Source: Paragordius varius
Taxonomy: Eukaryota; Animalia; Nematomorpha
Length of the DNA: 64,000 nucleotides
NCBI GenBank assembly: GCA_964247055.1
Contig: OZ176051.1
Location: 5,828,001-5,892,000, forward strand
Reading direction: 5' to 3'
Below are positions 25,808-43,297 of the stretch, in pieces (the stretch's first letter is position 1; the number at the start of each line of letters is the position of its first letter). The notes beneath the pieces are model-generated. The model searched no databases and was not told the DNA's origin. It saw only the letters and a program-made list of their open reading frames with translations. The translations under genes and the position numbers were made by a program.

Positions 25808-26567
25808 TTAACAAAACATATACATTATTTTATATTTTTATTTCACATTAGTTTCTGCAGTTAAATTTCATCCAATCTTTCCGAACAAAGCCCTCTTTAC
25901 CAGTTCACATGATCATTCATTATTATCTTGGCTAAACAATACTGGTAATATTATATTGTTAAATCTTATCATAATGAAATTATGACCTAATTATGGGAAA
26001 TAAAAAAACGAGTCATTTTACGCATCATATGACCCTTTTTACAAAAATATATGACCAAATTTTTTAAATTAAATAAATTTTGTTAAATAATATAAAAAAA
26101 CCATATTCTATAATAGTTGGAGAAAAAATAATAAAAAATGAGTAAAAATTTATTATTTTTGGTCCGTACAATTTCTTTAATATGTAATTAACTTTGAACA
26201 ATTTCAACCAAAAAATCAATATTTAATAATCGGTAAAGTGCATGAAGACGCATGATTTTTAAAAAACCAATATGAGGGGGAGTTACTGTATATATGTATA
26301 CATATACTTATATCCAACTTAAATTAGATTTTTCGAAATTATTATGTTTTATAATTTTTTTAAGATTCATCCTTTCTTTTTACCACAAATACGTACAATG
26401 TAAAAGATGATCAACCGCCTATAACTATACAAAATATTTGTGATGGAATAAATTGTTTTTCAATCAATGATATGACGTTTAGTAGGGATGGAAACCTATT
26501 ATTTGGTGCGACTGAAGGCCAATCTCTTATAACCTTTGACATATCTCAACATATACAACTTGTTTAA
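23061..26567 (+). CDS. NUP43: WD40 nucleoporin Nup43-like
   Basis: Spliced segments KYFDHTFSKI, TNKILFYTF, KGAICDM|VFTNLGFLCVSTS, SCIETYPTNGQQFVTGHVNGSIHFWDLRRNDSP, VKFHPIFPNKALFTSSHDHSLLSW and SINDMTFSRDGNLLFGATEGQSL are colinear with the recalled human NUP43 blocks; GT-AG introns. Confidence 0.72.
25771..25804. repeat. (TA)n microsatellite
   Basis: Run of TA in a NUP43 intron; similar runs at 9751-9770 and 57161-57188. Confidence 0.9.
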
Positions 26568-27025
26568 TTTATAATAATAAATAAATCTACATGTAAATAT
26601 TGTTATTGTTATGTAATAAATAGTAATAAAATATTTGTTTTACGGACTATGGTTTTTGGGTTCATATATATTGTCTTTCTATTTTGAATTACTAAATCTT
26701 GAAAAATATTATTTTAAATTGTTTGTAATTCTGTAAACCTAATATAGCAATTATAAAGATTGAGCCTATATTATGTTGGTAGAAATAGCTACAACATTTT
26801 TATCGAACATCCAAAAATCTTATATTTTATTTATATTTTTAAATATAATGTATTGACTGACAATTCAATTTTGTTTATTTTTATAATTATAGCTTTAAGA
26901 CTCTGACATTTATTTATATAAGGCAACTTTTTACAATACCAATTATTCGCCTTTCGATTGCGACATACTGAAAAAATATATTTTATTCTTTTTAACTAAT
27001 ATCTGTATTTAACATATATTAAAAA

Positions 27026-29984
<2,959 letters not shown>

Positions 29985-30001
29985 ATGTTACAATAATTTC
30001 G

Positions 30002-30591
30002 TTAACACTTGGATACAACACACTCATTTTAGTCCTTCGATTCAAATTGGGGTAGTTGGATACCCCAGGCCTTTTTAAAATTAAATTCTTTAAAAAATAT
30101 AAAAGGAATCGAAACCATGGCAAAATTTTGCACTTATCTAACATTAATAAACCGAAATATATAAAAAATTTTATTCAAAAATACTTGATATTACTTATTT
30201 TAAGCAAAAACCGAAAGGTAAAAATTTCGTCAACGTGACATGTGTCAAATTGTAAAATTGAAAAATTATACAAATTAAACCGCTTTTTCTATTTCTATCA
30301 ATGTTAGATGTAATTTATATAAAAAATTAGCTTTAGTTTTACCCTTAAAATAAAATAAAGACGATATTTTGCAAAAATTTTGTAAAATAAAAATGGCGTC
30401 GAAGTAGTTTGAGATGGAGCTTTTTTTTCAAAACAAAATTTTATCATGATATTTTGGCATATTTATATAATATTTTTCAGGTATGAAGCATAAATTTAAA
30501 TTGGGACCGTTTCCTTCAGTAGTTTTTTAAAAATATTAATTTAAATTTAGTCTGGGGTATTTAGATACCCCAATTTGAATCAAAGTGTTAA
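30002..30591 (-). mobile_element. Family P MITE immediately upstream of GALT
   Basis: TTAACACTTGGATACAAC... / ...GAATCAAAGTGTTAA. Confidence 0.88.
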
Positions 30592-31191
30592 TATAAGTGA
30601 TAATACCTTATATTTTACATTGATTAAATGCATTCTTATATTTATAACATATTATTATGTCAAAAAGTCAACCCAAATCTACTGATACATATTGGTGTTT
30701 GGAAAGGTAATAAGGGATTGTGGGTTACGACGTGGGTCTGACCCCTCTTTTCTCAATGTCACTAGACAGAAATTTATGCAATTCATTATTATATAGGCTA
30801 TCAAAATGGCCGGTAATTAAGCGTTTTAATTTCTAAATAAAAGTGTGTATACTTACGCAAATTGGTGATCGTATCTGGTAAAGATATGCCTCTATTAAAT
30901 AAATTTTGTTTAAAATTTTTAATATATCAAAAGTTTTAATTTTTACTTAAATAAGTTTGAATAATATTTGTAAAAATTTATCGATTTCTATTATTAATTC
31001 CCACATTTAAGACATTTTTTATTTTAAAGGATTATGCAAACCATAGATTCTTTTTAGGCCATTATATTTTACAAATTCCAAAGAGAGTAAGTAGTTATTT
31101 TAGATATCGAGGGTGTGATATTAAAGAGTTTTGAGGCTGATTTTCATTCATCCATTCGCACTGATTTCAAAATGTGGGTGTTTTAACTGAA

Positions 31192-34100
31192 ATGAATCTG
31201 GACAAAGAAAATGAATTTTCCGACCGTAAAACACGTTTAAAAAACTTGGCAGCTTCTTATAACGATTGGGAAGATGAATCTTACTGTAAAAAACCGAATT
31301 CTCAGATTATCTATGAAAAAGTATGGTTTTACTCTATTTTAGAATGATAACGATGTCGAGATATTTAAGTATTCGAACAAAGGTAGTTATATGTTTCAAA
31401 TTTAGTTTTATATGAAAGACCGGGGTCAAGAAGTAACAGCTCCAAAAAGAAAAACGTTTTGAATAAACCATTGCTTCAACATTTATATCCTTCAATTAAT
31501 AATATTTTGACAGAAAATAATTCTATAAATAACACAGAATTATTTAACCTTTCAAACAAATCGGAAGACGGTTTTAAAATGTTTAAAACTCCCGAATCTA
31601 TGGTAATTGAATTTAAGGTAAAATGTTTAATTATGTTAGGATTCACTGAACATACCAAATATTAGTCCTTTAAATAGTAAATCAAACGTGATAACCAGTA
31701 AAAATGATAAGTTATTCAAATCGCCAGATTTTAATTTGTTGCGCGAACCAATTAATACAAAACAACCAGGTATTTTTTTTTGCTTTTCAAATACCACCTT
31801 ATAGAGGCTATCCAAATGCTTTATTTTATTTATTTCGTTTTAATATCAAAATTTCCAATTGTTTTCTAACTTACTATAATTAATTTGTATAAATACATAT
31901 TACTTATTGAATATTAACACTTGGATACAACACATTTATTTTAGTCCTTTGATTCAAATTGGGGTAGTTAAATACCCCAAGCCTGTTTAAAATTAAATTT
32001 TTTAGAAAATATCGAAGCAATTGAAACCATGGCAAATTTTTGCACTTAATAACATTAATAAACTGAAATATATAAAAAAATTTATTCAAAAATACTTTTT
32101 TACTTATTTTAAGCTAAAACCGAAAGGTAAAAATTTAGTCAACGTGACATGTGTGCAATGGTAAAATTAATAATAAAACTAAATAAACCGCTTTTTCTAT
32201 TTCTATCAATGTTAGATGTGATTTAAAAAAAATAAGCCTTAATTTTACCCTTAAAATTACATGAAGACGATATTTTGCAAAATCAAAATGGCGTCGAAGT
32301 AGTTTGACATGAAACTTTTTTTTTCAAAACAAAATTTTATTCAGATATTTTGTCATATATATGTGATTTTTATTAGGATAGAAGCATAAATTTAAATTGG
32401 GACCGTTTCCTTCAGTAGTTTCTTAAAATCCTAAATCAAATTTAGTCTGGGGTATTAAGATACCCCAATTTAAATCGAAGTGTTAATTACGAATGTTTTT
32501 CATGTTGTATTGAAAAATATATAATATTTGTGCTAAACTTATAAAAATAGATAAATTTCAAAGCACTATTAACCCCTGTAAGAGCGACACAGACGATACC
32601 GAATGCGAAAGTGTTTGTGAATTGCAACGAAAACCAACCTTTTTGAAACAAACTTCTCCTGCCATCGAAAAGCCTATCTATCTTTCCAACGATATAACCC
32701 CAAATCATATTAAAAATGATTTTAAAAAGTTTACAGAAGTAACTCCTCAGTTAACTGTTTCAAAACCAATTTTGGACAATAAACTTCCTAACAATAAGGT
32801 ATTAGTTGAGAATTAAAAAAGATTAATCTATATATAATGTTTTAAGTTAAATCAAATTTAATTTTTGATTATATCTTCAAATTTTTATCTTCTATATATT
32901 ATAATGCGTTGATATATATTAGTAATTCTAACTGCTAAAATTAATTTTTTAATGCTTTTGACCCCCAAATTTGTTAACAGATGGAAAGTCGATAGTTTTC
33001 TCTATCCTAAAAACCAAATTTATATATACCACGTTTTTAAGCGCAAATTTGACACTTTCTGTTCTGCTATATTGTTATTCATTAGGCAATGATAGAAAAA
33101 TCATCAATTCAAACTACAAATCATATATCCGATCAAAATCATCATATTATTGATACAGAATCTTGCGATACAAATGATCATGAAATGGGAACTTATGAAG
33201 CTTATTCCGATAAAGTGCTCAAAAATATTAAGGAGTCACGTTTGGAGGATATAGCAACCCTTAGTGCTAGTAAAATTGTTTCATCTCTTAAACGGGAAAT
33301 TAGCCAATCGGCTAAAAAAATGACAAATAATACTGCTAATCACCAAGAAATAATTAAAGTATTACCTTGTTTTATTTGTCATTATGATGTTAATAATTCT
33401 AATTTTTATGCATAAAAAATGCGCATTATTTATGTTAAAATTAAAAACGATTAGACACATAGAGCTAAAAAGATAACCATCCCTTTAAACCTTGATTTTT
33501 CTTTTCAAAATTCTATGATTACCACATAAATAAGTGTTTTATTAATTTATATATCTATTACTTCTTTTGGATCCAGAGCTATGGAAATATGATTATCTGT
33601 AAACACTCTCTTTTATTTTTATGTTTATTAAATTAATATCTACTGCATAAAATAAATGTTATTAAACAGCTAAAGGAAAACCATTTCCTAAGAAATGCTC
33701 AATTTTTATAAACTTAATTACTATTTTAAAAGTTTTTTTTTTATCTCATAAACGATATTATAGAATGGTAAAACACCGCAAAGTCGACCCGATTATAATG
33801 TTTTACGTCAAGCAGAGGTTAGCGCATTACGTAATCGATGGGAAAAAGTATCACAATCTCCTACTACCTTCAAGAAAAAATTTGATAACACTAAACAGCA
33901 ACTGAATGCAAACAATGTATCAGGTTTTAATATAAACATATTCTGAAATTACTAATTCGTTTGATTTTTTAAACATTATTTATTATTTAAAGACATTGTT
34001 TTTTTATTCAACACTCTACCATTTTTTCGTAAAATAAACATTTTATATGTCATTTATTATATTTATTCGAAATAAATGTAAAGTATAAAATTATTTTATA

Positions 34101-37100
34101 TCATAATTTGTGATAAATGTTTAAATAAAATAATGATAAGAAATATATTGTTTCTGAAAATAAAAAAGTAAATTATCTTTCGGGAAAAAGTGTTGATTTA
34201 ATCAAAAATGTATATTATAACAAAATATTAAACTCACCAAAAATATTTATATTTTGTAACTTATGAATGTAGAAATAAATCGTTTAGATAAGCTTATGTT
34301 GGTGAGAGCCATGCTTAAAGTATTAATACACATGTGTTTAACAGAGATATATATACTTCTGATTTTACAACGTATGATTATTTCACTAATTATTATTTTC
34401 CATCAATGCAGGTAAAAACAAAATCAAACTGCCAAAGGAAAATATTGAATCACCCACTAAAATTCTAAAGAAGGACGATGAATATTTAAAAGTATTTAAC
34501 ATTTTAATGTGCCCACACACAGTTATTTATGTACATGTATGAGTTTTTGACTGAGATTCATTATTATAACTAAACAGAAAATTAAAATTAATTACTAAAT
34601 AATTATGATAGCATAAATAACATGTGATTTCCAACCATTAAAATTTGGGTAAAGTTTAATATAGACCGTATAATTTTTTGTTACCATTATTATTTTTTAT
34701 ATCACCATATAAAATTTTTTTTTAATCCGCCGTGATCATAATCTTGAATGCAATTATTACCGGTCGGATTACAATAGTCTACATATCATTTTTTTTTTCC
34801 TCCTTTGTAAAAATGTAATTTTTTTAAAAAAATAGGAAATCGATAATGCACAAAATTTTGACAATGTTAATATTCCCAACAATAATAATATGGATATCAC
34901 AATACAAGATTTTGAATGTAGCGATTCCGATTTCGACCCTAAATCGCTTGATAATAAAAAGTCAGATAATGAGGATATGGAAGATAATAAAGATATCAAT
35001 GCAAACCATTTAAAACACAAAAAATGTCATCAAACTTATGATGAGAATGACCCTTCTGTCCCTAACGAAATAACTATGATGTTAAATGATGATTTAAATT
35101 TGAGTTTACGCCTAAGCGATTTACATAAAATTGCAGATGAATTTGAAACACCATCTAAAGTAATTTATTTATTTTTAGGATTTATGACTTGTATGTACAG
35201 TATTTCATAATCATCAAAATAAACAGCGCTACTAAATTAATTGTTTATGTAAATTTTTATCATTCAGCTTTCAATCTTTTATATAGAATAGATTTTTTAC
35301 AAATTAATTTTACACAAAGCTATATAGATTATTTTTCATTCCTCATTATGAGTCAAGAAACAATTAAACTATATTTTTCTCTATTTATATTTGTTTTTTT
35401 AGCAAAAACCAACAAAAATAAAGGATTCAGGATCAAACACCAAATTAAAGCCAAATTACACCCCTACTTCCAAAAAGACACCTGTTAACAAAATTATAAC
35501 TTACGACATTCAAAAGTAAAATTTTATTACAATAAAAGGATGAATTTATTCAAAGCATAAAAATACCCAAAAATAAATGATAAAAATATGGGTATATTCA
35601 ATGCATTATATAGTAAAAAAATGTTTCAAGAAGTTGATATTTATATTTTTGTACTAAAAATTTATTGTTACTAGTTAAATTTTAAGGATTAATTTATTTT
35701 TTTCGCATTTCCAATAATATATATAAAAGTTTTTTCCAATTTTTACTTTAATATATGAGTAGTTTTACGCTATTAAGTACCTTTAAATCTAAATGAAATT
35801 TGTGGTCATAAAATAGAAAAATTAATTTAAGAAATGTGGGAGCGAAATTACGAAATATTTTAAAAGACATTCTAAGCAATATTTAAAAACCTTTTTGTAC
35901 TACATTGTGCAACTGATGCATTATTTCCTTATTTTTACGATAAAATAATTACTTTTACCAATACAAATTCAATCAACAATTTAAATTAACCCCAATATAT
36001 TATGTGTTTTCCGGCTAATATAACTCATTATTAATATGATATCTTTATGGCTTATATTATTTTTACAGTATTTTTTTCATTGTAAACAAAATTTCATTTT
36101 TTATAAAATATAAAAAACATTGGTAATCTTTAATCTAAAAAACACATAATTTATTTTGGGGGAAATTTAAATTGTTCGTGGGTCAATTTGGTGAATTTTA
36201 AGTGTAAATGGTATATTTAAAACTTAAATAAAACGTAATAATAAGCCAAAAATATTTATGTGACAAGAAAATTATGTTTTTGATGATACAAGCCAAATAA
36301 TTACAATTGTTATGTGTACCAATTTGGATGTTTTTTCCTTATATTATAATCCAAAAGAATGGATTTTTCGAATGTTTAAATAAAAAATATGACTGATGTT
36401 TAAAAACGGTAAAAAATTAATATAAAGGCAAAACATAGAAACTTAAAGGTGACATATTAAGACAACCAGATTTTTTAAACCATTATATATTACATGACCA
36501 TATAAATAAAACAAAATGGTAACACACTAAATTATAAATTTTTAAAAATAGTATGCATTTTAAGGTTACTTATTTCACACTATAGTTGGGCAATTTACAA
36601 TACATAGTGCATGGAAAAAAAGAAAGGTAAAAATTAATATTTCAACATTTTGTTGTATTTTTCATAAACTACTGTGTTGCAAATTGCGCAACTATAGTGA
36701 GAAATAAGCACACAACTATTAAAATGCATACTAATGTAATATTAATTATAAGGAAATAATATAGCATATAAACATATTGTCGTTTTTACCAATATATTAG
36801 TCTTTTTACGTTTTATCCTCATAAGTTTTATTTCCTATTTTTAGCAATTCGGGTGATGCGCATATTTCATCTTTATCACCCATATGTCAAATGAACAAAG
36901 AAATGTCTCAAAATGCAAATGCACTACCTAACACAAAGCTAAAAACTTATAATCAAAGGATAAAAGTTAGTTTTTGTTATTACAATTATCATGTGTTTTT
37001 TTATATTTTGTTTGGAAATGTTTCTACTTTGTTTTTGTAACATGAATAATTTTAACGTATTTTATGGATAGAATATTTTGTGTTTTTATTACCTTAAACT

Positions 37101-40100
37101 TTTTTTATAAAAAAGCAGGGTTATCAAAACCAAAACAAAATTATTATTGAAATAAAAATCTCCTTATAAATTCTATTCTACTATTCTGCCTTCTGATTTA
37201 TTAGAAGTGTAATTTCTAATATTTTTCAAAAAAATTATATTTATAATTTAAGAACCAGATTAGTTAGCATTTTAGATGAGCTAACATAAGATTGGAACAA
37301 CATTAGTATATTAAAAAATTGAACTTATTCTTAAAAGAATTCTCTTTTTTAACATCATTCTATGGAAAAGAAATAATAATTATAAAACATCCTACCCTAT
37401 ACTTGACTGCTTACTTATTTTAAGATAATAAAGTTGTTTTATTTTAACAAAAGTTAGCATATTCATTTCGAAAATCAAATTATTTATTAATCATGTTAAC
37501 CATACATAGGAGCTAATGTCAGAGTTGGAACAACAACAAACCATTATCGCTCAAATTAGTCAAGCATTACTTCTTTACAGAACTACATCTATTGGCCCGT
37601 TTCGGACAATGCTAAATGGGAGTGGAAATAAAGGAATTCACAACACTACATCACATATGAAAATTTCATCTTTTTTCGGTTCCAACAATAATTGTAATAA
37701 TCAAAATCAACAAAATATAGACTCACCAACATCGAGTTTATCGCTAAATCAAGAGCAATTAGAGGCTGAAAAGCTGAATTTTATTGCAAGTATAAGATAA
37801 ATTAAATGCGCCGTTATAAGTGTTTTTATGAGGGGGTGAAGGGCTTATTTTTAGATTGTTAAATGTTTGGTTAAATTTTTTTATAAATGGAAACACGTAA
37901 GAAGGCATTGACAAATTTAAAAGAAAATCCAATTATTTGATTGATACGTTACACATTTTTATTGTTAAATTTAAATAAATAATATTAATCATCCTTCTTA
38001 TGTGGGGTAAATGATTTTAAATTTGATATTAAGAAAAATACTAATTGAAAGCCCGACAAAAAATTTAATAAACCTTTATGTATATTCTTTCTCATAGTTG
38101 GCAATTTAATTGAATTTAATTAAATACTTTGATTGTTCTTATAAAGGACAAAAACGACAAATGTTAATAACGGAAATCGAAAAGCTCAAGAAAGAGGAAA
38201 ATGCAGTTGTCGCAAAATTGCGGAAAGATTTTAATTATCGACCTTTAATCACTTCTGATGGCATGGAATCTGCCTACATTGTTAATGATTCACTCCAGGG
38301 TATATAATAATATTTGTCTTAAGGATTATAAAATATTTTTGAATTACGATAAAAATTTATATTATAATATGAAACAGGAAAAAATAAAATCCGACAAAAT
38401 ATTTTTTAAGAGAAAAACCATATTTTTGACCCCTTAATTATTACAATTTAATGTATATGTTAATAGTTTATATGATTGAGGAAACCATATTTTTTGATTC
38501 TTGATACTATCCATTGTTTCGTTACCCAAAATGTTAGGTTTTATCAAAATACCAAAAAAATATGGTGGTTCTTAAGTGAATTATTTGTCTAATTATTATT
38601 ATGTTTTCCTATAATTTTGATTACTTTGAAAAATATTTTATTTTACATTTTCGCCTTAAATATAGGGTCATCCGATACAGTTCTAACAATCAACAACATT
38701 AAACTTATCCTTAAACCGGATTTCATAGGTTTTCTTATTACTATAAAAAACGGATTTTTTGAGCACATTTTAACTTTAGTCTTATAATAATAATTAAAAC
38801 CAATTATTAGATTTACATCGCCTCTTGTAATTTCCAAATTCTTTGTATTTACTTCACTTTATCTTTAACCCTTTAAAAAATTAATAATTTTTTTCTTATA
38901 CAACAAGGAAGTATAATAAATATTTTTTATAACACTTCAAAACGTTTTTTACTTCTTAAGATCTTAATTTTACAAAAACAAACAAACAAATATGATATTG
39001 AAATAATCATTTTTTTATCTTTATACAATATATCAGGGAGTTATAAAATCTAGAAGAATTTTGTAATATTTTTTTTGTCTTTATACATTATATATCAAGG
39101 ACGTTTAATAAATGAACAACAAAGGATGCATCACAATTCCCCCATAAAATTAACGTATTACATTTTGTGTCTCTTTAAGTATGGTTCACAACTTGCTTTC
39201 ACCAATTTAACACCCCTTATTATGGCACCATCTCAATCATTATCATTAACGCAAAATTATACTAATTTAAGTAATCAGAGACAAAGTCCCCAAGTTAAAT
39301 GTGTTAACATAGCTGGCAATATAGTTTTAAAGGGGATACAAAGTGGTGGTGATTGGTTAATTGAATCCGAAGTGTATTGTTTAGTAAGCATTTTTTCATT
39401 TATATTTCAAAGTTTTTTTAAAAAATTTTCGTGTGGTTTTTTAGGTATTTTTTATGTTTGGTATGTTTTTGATGTACTGAATTGTTTGTATTTTTTGGGT
39501 ATATATATATATATATATTAACACTCTTTTATTTGAAAAATAAGTCATGATCTTTGCATCATATTATAAAAAAATTATCTGTCCATTCAAACAAATTATT
39601 ATTGGATTCAAATATTATTTTTTCATTATACTTTTTAAATTTTAATTTTCTGAATATATTTTATCTTCAAAAACAGTATACCAAATGCAATGCGGATACC
39701 AATCGAGAAAATACATCCACAACGCCGCATTCATCTACTTCCTTAATGAATAAATTAACACCGAGCAAAAAGAAATTACATTTTTATAATCAGGCAATCT
39801 CCAACCTAAGTATAAAATTATTTTACAATTATTCAGCTATCTTTTTGGAGTTATTTTGATATAAATAAGTTAATATATATGTTATTTAAATACGATTTAA
39901 TTATTAAATATCTAAAAGGACCGTAAAGAATGACGAAACATTAATTCATTAACTACATAATGTGTGTGTTGTATACCATTTGCACTTCAAGAGTGTCCTT
40001 GAACACTTCAAGTTGGTCCTTGAACATTTCATGTTGGTCCTTGAACAATTCAAGTTGGTCCTTGAACAATTCAAGTTGGTCCTTAAACAGTTCAAGTTGG

Positions 40101-43100
40101 TCCTTGAAATTTTAAGTCCTTAAAATTTATAAATTTTGATTTAACCATAATTTTTGCATTTAATTTTTTATTTTATAATTTACTAACCTAATTTTCTTTA
40201 TTTATTATATATTTATTTATTTAAAAATAAAAAAAATTTATTAAAAAACCACTTTTTTGTTTCAAACTATTTTTTTCAATTGAACAAAATTATTGACTTT
40301 TAAATGTTTTTAATTAAAAATTTTAATTAATAACCCAGAAAACTTATATATTTTTTCATTTCGTGTTAAAATCTTAACAATAATCAAAATTATTTAAGAA
40401 ATTTATAAAGATATACGGTTTCTCAAAGATTAAAAGTTGATATCGATTTTTTATGTTAAATAATAGAAATTAAATTAAAACAATAAAATAGATGTATTTA
40501 TGATTTATAAAAGTTAAAACAAAACAAAAAGGTCAAAGGACCAACTTGAAATGTTCAAAGACCAACTTGAACTGTTCAAGGATCAAAAGGACCAACTTGA
40601 AGTGTTCAAGTACACTCTTGAAGTGCAAATGGTATAGATAGTTTTAAAAATATATTTTGATTTACATATTATATACAGTGGAATATCCCTATTTACTTTA
40701 TTTAAAGAACTGAAACTATAAATTAATTAGCTCATACAAACAAAATGAGCTTTTCAATTTATAAATAATGTCCTAATTTTTAAGTTACGACCATGCAAAT
40801 GTTAGTACCCATTCCAAGCCAAAAATTTCAATCATTTTATATCGATAAGTTTTTAATCAAAAAACATAATTTTATTTATTATTAAAAGGGATAATGGACA
40901 ATAACTTATGTTATTCTCACGAGTAAATTTGTGGAGGTTGTTGTATATAACCCCCAATTTTATTCATAAATCAAACCAAACTATGAATTTTATAGATAAC
41001 CGTAAAGATGCAGATGTTGTGGAAGAAAATTTTTCAGATGCTGGCATTTTTGTTCCCAACGGTTTCATGACGCTCTCCAAACAAGATTACTTATCTGGAA
41101 ATCGCAGTTTTATGTTGAAAAAGGTATTATCTATATCTTATTATCTATATCTATTTTTATGATTTTACCTCATATTTAAAGCTAATCGTTAATTGTTATA
41201 TGTAAAATATAGCAAATTTACAAACACACAAAAAGAGTCGAATATCAATATTTTTATAAACCTTATCACAGCGAGTATTCAAACTTGAAGAAAATAAATT
41301 TTTATTTTTCAAATATTATTCGCATCGTCTATATTTGATTTGGCCTCAATAAGATGGTCATTTATAATAATGCTAAGGCAGCTTTTAAAAGGTCTCTTTT
41401 TGTTGTCCATATTCTTAAACCCGATGATAGTAAGTAGCTATTGAGCAAATTTTAATCATATCATCCAAACAAAATCCTATATGATGGCATAATCCTTGAT
41501 TTTTCTGGTTAAGGTATATTGTTCTTAAATATAAAATTGAGCCTGCTGCCAATATACATCTCTTTTACTTATTTCACTACCCAAATCGATACGTTTATGT
41601 TAAAATCAAAGTTTTAAACATATGGTATTTTTTTATAAGAAAGTCTTTAACACTGTATTTGTGTATATAATTTTAATTTTTACTTTATATATTGAAATAT
41701 TTAAATTTCAATATCAATTGCTTACTTGTTATTTCAAAAATATATGAGTATATAAAATTATGCAAAACCTTCTTTCATTATATAATTAGGTCCCACAACT
41801 ATCACCCCTACAAGGAACTATGTTTTTACAAATGAAAACAGTAACACAGACCCAATATAAAGGATTTTTGGTGAGCATTTATTTAATAATAGGTTGAGAA
41901 AATTACGTTAATTACTATTTATTATATATGAGTTACTCTCAAAATATTTTAACAGTTTGAGTTACAGAAAAAAACTAAGTTTTTTGACAATGATAGTAAT
42001 TAGATCAAATGGAAACTGTTATATTGCCATTAAATTTTTAGATCATCTCATAATGCATACCATTATATACCATAATCTTGGATTGTTATCTAGTTAGTTG
42101 TGGTTAAAATTTACAGTCAAAATTTATTACCATAAAAGCAGGTGCTGTGAATCGTTTTTCCGGAAAATTTGGTTCCGGCTCCAAAAATAGTTCACTGTTT
42201 TCAATTTTTTGCTGCAAAAATGCGGATGATTTGGTAACGTAAAAATCGTCACAAATCAAATCCCTAATAATCGAATATTGTTAATCATAAATTGATTGTT
42301 TTAATTTTTTCTCATAATATTTAGAATATGTTTGAGGTTAAAAATGGTATAAATGCCTGGGAAAGGCGTTGGTTTGTTTTATCCGGCCAACATCTCTCAT
42401 GGTGGAAGTATCCTGAAGAGGAAATTTTGAAGGTAAATATCTAAATTTTTATGTTAATGCTACGTAAAAATTATTTTGTATGAGTAAAAATGCATAGCTT
42501 GTTTTTTATTATTATTGTTAGGTAAGATATCAGCGAAGGTAAATATTATTGGCTTGAAATTATTTTTTTCGCTTTGTACTGCTATTAACCAATAATAATT
42601 CTCTTTGTTGTATATGCTATCTGACAATTTTGAATACAAGTGAATAAAAACTAGCAAAGTATATTTTTTCATACTATATATTCTTTAACTACAACTTTTA
42701 CTGCATTTTTATGAAATTTAACCAGTTTCATTCATAATTTCCCATTCTTGTTGATAAAAACCTATTATATCAAAGGTTTTGGCCCAAGTATCTATATATT
42801 TACGCATAAAATTTTTGTTTTGTAGACATCTTTAGGATCCATTGATTTGAGTACATGTATAAATCGCGATGCTATAAAACCCTTACCCCTAGAAACTTGT
42901 GCCTTACCAAACACTTTTGAAATGATTGTGTATAAAACCTCGTTTTGTGAACAAAGCGTTGTGCATCCATCAGATTTAGATGTGGCATATAACATACACA
43001 ATGATACTAATCCAAATTCAAACATAATTCACAAGTAAGTTTTGTTAAAAACCTGTATCCGCAAAAGATATTTATCATACAATATTTATATTTTCTCTAT

Positions 43101-43297
43101 ACTTGCGTATTTTTAGACACCTATTTTCGGCAGATAATAAGGAACAAATGAATGGTTGGTTGGATGTTTTAAACAAAGTATTGTCTGATCTTAATCTATG
43201 TATTGCTCCAAACGGAAGCCAATTTGGTAGAGGGATGTATGTGTCGACAATTTTTCACAAAAATAATGTAGCATTCGGGAAAAGAACGCCAGTGTAA
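31192..43297 (+). CDS. ANLN: Anillin (actin-binding cytokinesis scaffold; RBD, C2 and PH domains)
   Basis: N-terminal RLKNLAASYNDWEDE; RQAEVSALRNRWEK; RBD QQTIIAQISQAL...EAEKLNFIA..KRQMLITEIEKLK; PH domain KGFL|NMFE..NAWERRWFVLSGQHLSWWKYPEEE, GSIDLSTC, CALPNTFEM, LFSADNKEQMNGWLDVLNKVLSDL. About 20 exons. Confidence 0.93.
31914..32486 (-). mobile_element. Family P MITE in an anillin intron
   Basis: TTAA-flanked, same termini as other family P copies. Confidence 0.88.
35956..36213. mobile_element. Family B2 MITE (TACCA-type ends related to family B)
   Basis: Shares ATTATGTGTTTTCCGGCTAATATAACTCAT with 63819-64000 and, inverted, with 57426-57701; right end AGTGTAAATGGTA. Confidence 0.6.
36549..36733. 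mobile_element. 185-bp TA-flanked hairpin MITE in an anillin intron
   Basis: ~60-bp imperfect TIR: GTATGCATTTT...CTTATTTCACACTATAGTTGGGCAATTT / AAATTGCGCAACTATAGTGAGAAATAAG...AAAATGCATAC. Confidence 0.75.
39974..40634. mobile_element. Family B foldback MITE in an anillin intron
   Basis: TACCATTTGCACTTCAAGAGTG / CACTCTTGAAGTGCAAATGGTA; ~6 left and ~4 right 21-bp units. Confidence 0.85.

Noticed and set aside
30056-32089. ORFs 30056-30238, 31904-32089, 20482-21209 and 19636-19833 as genes
   Set aside because: They lie within MITE or family A sequence with non-ATG starts and low-complexity AT-driven translations.
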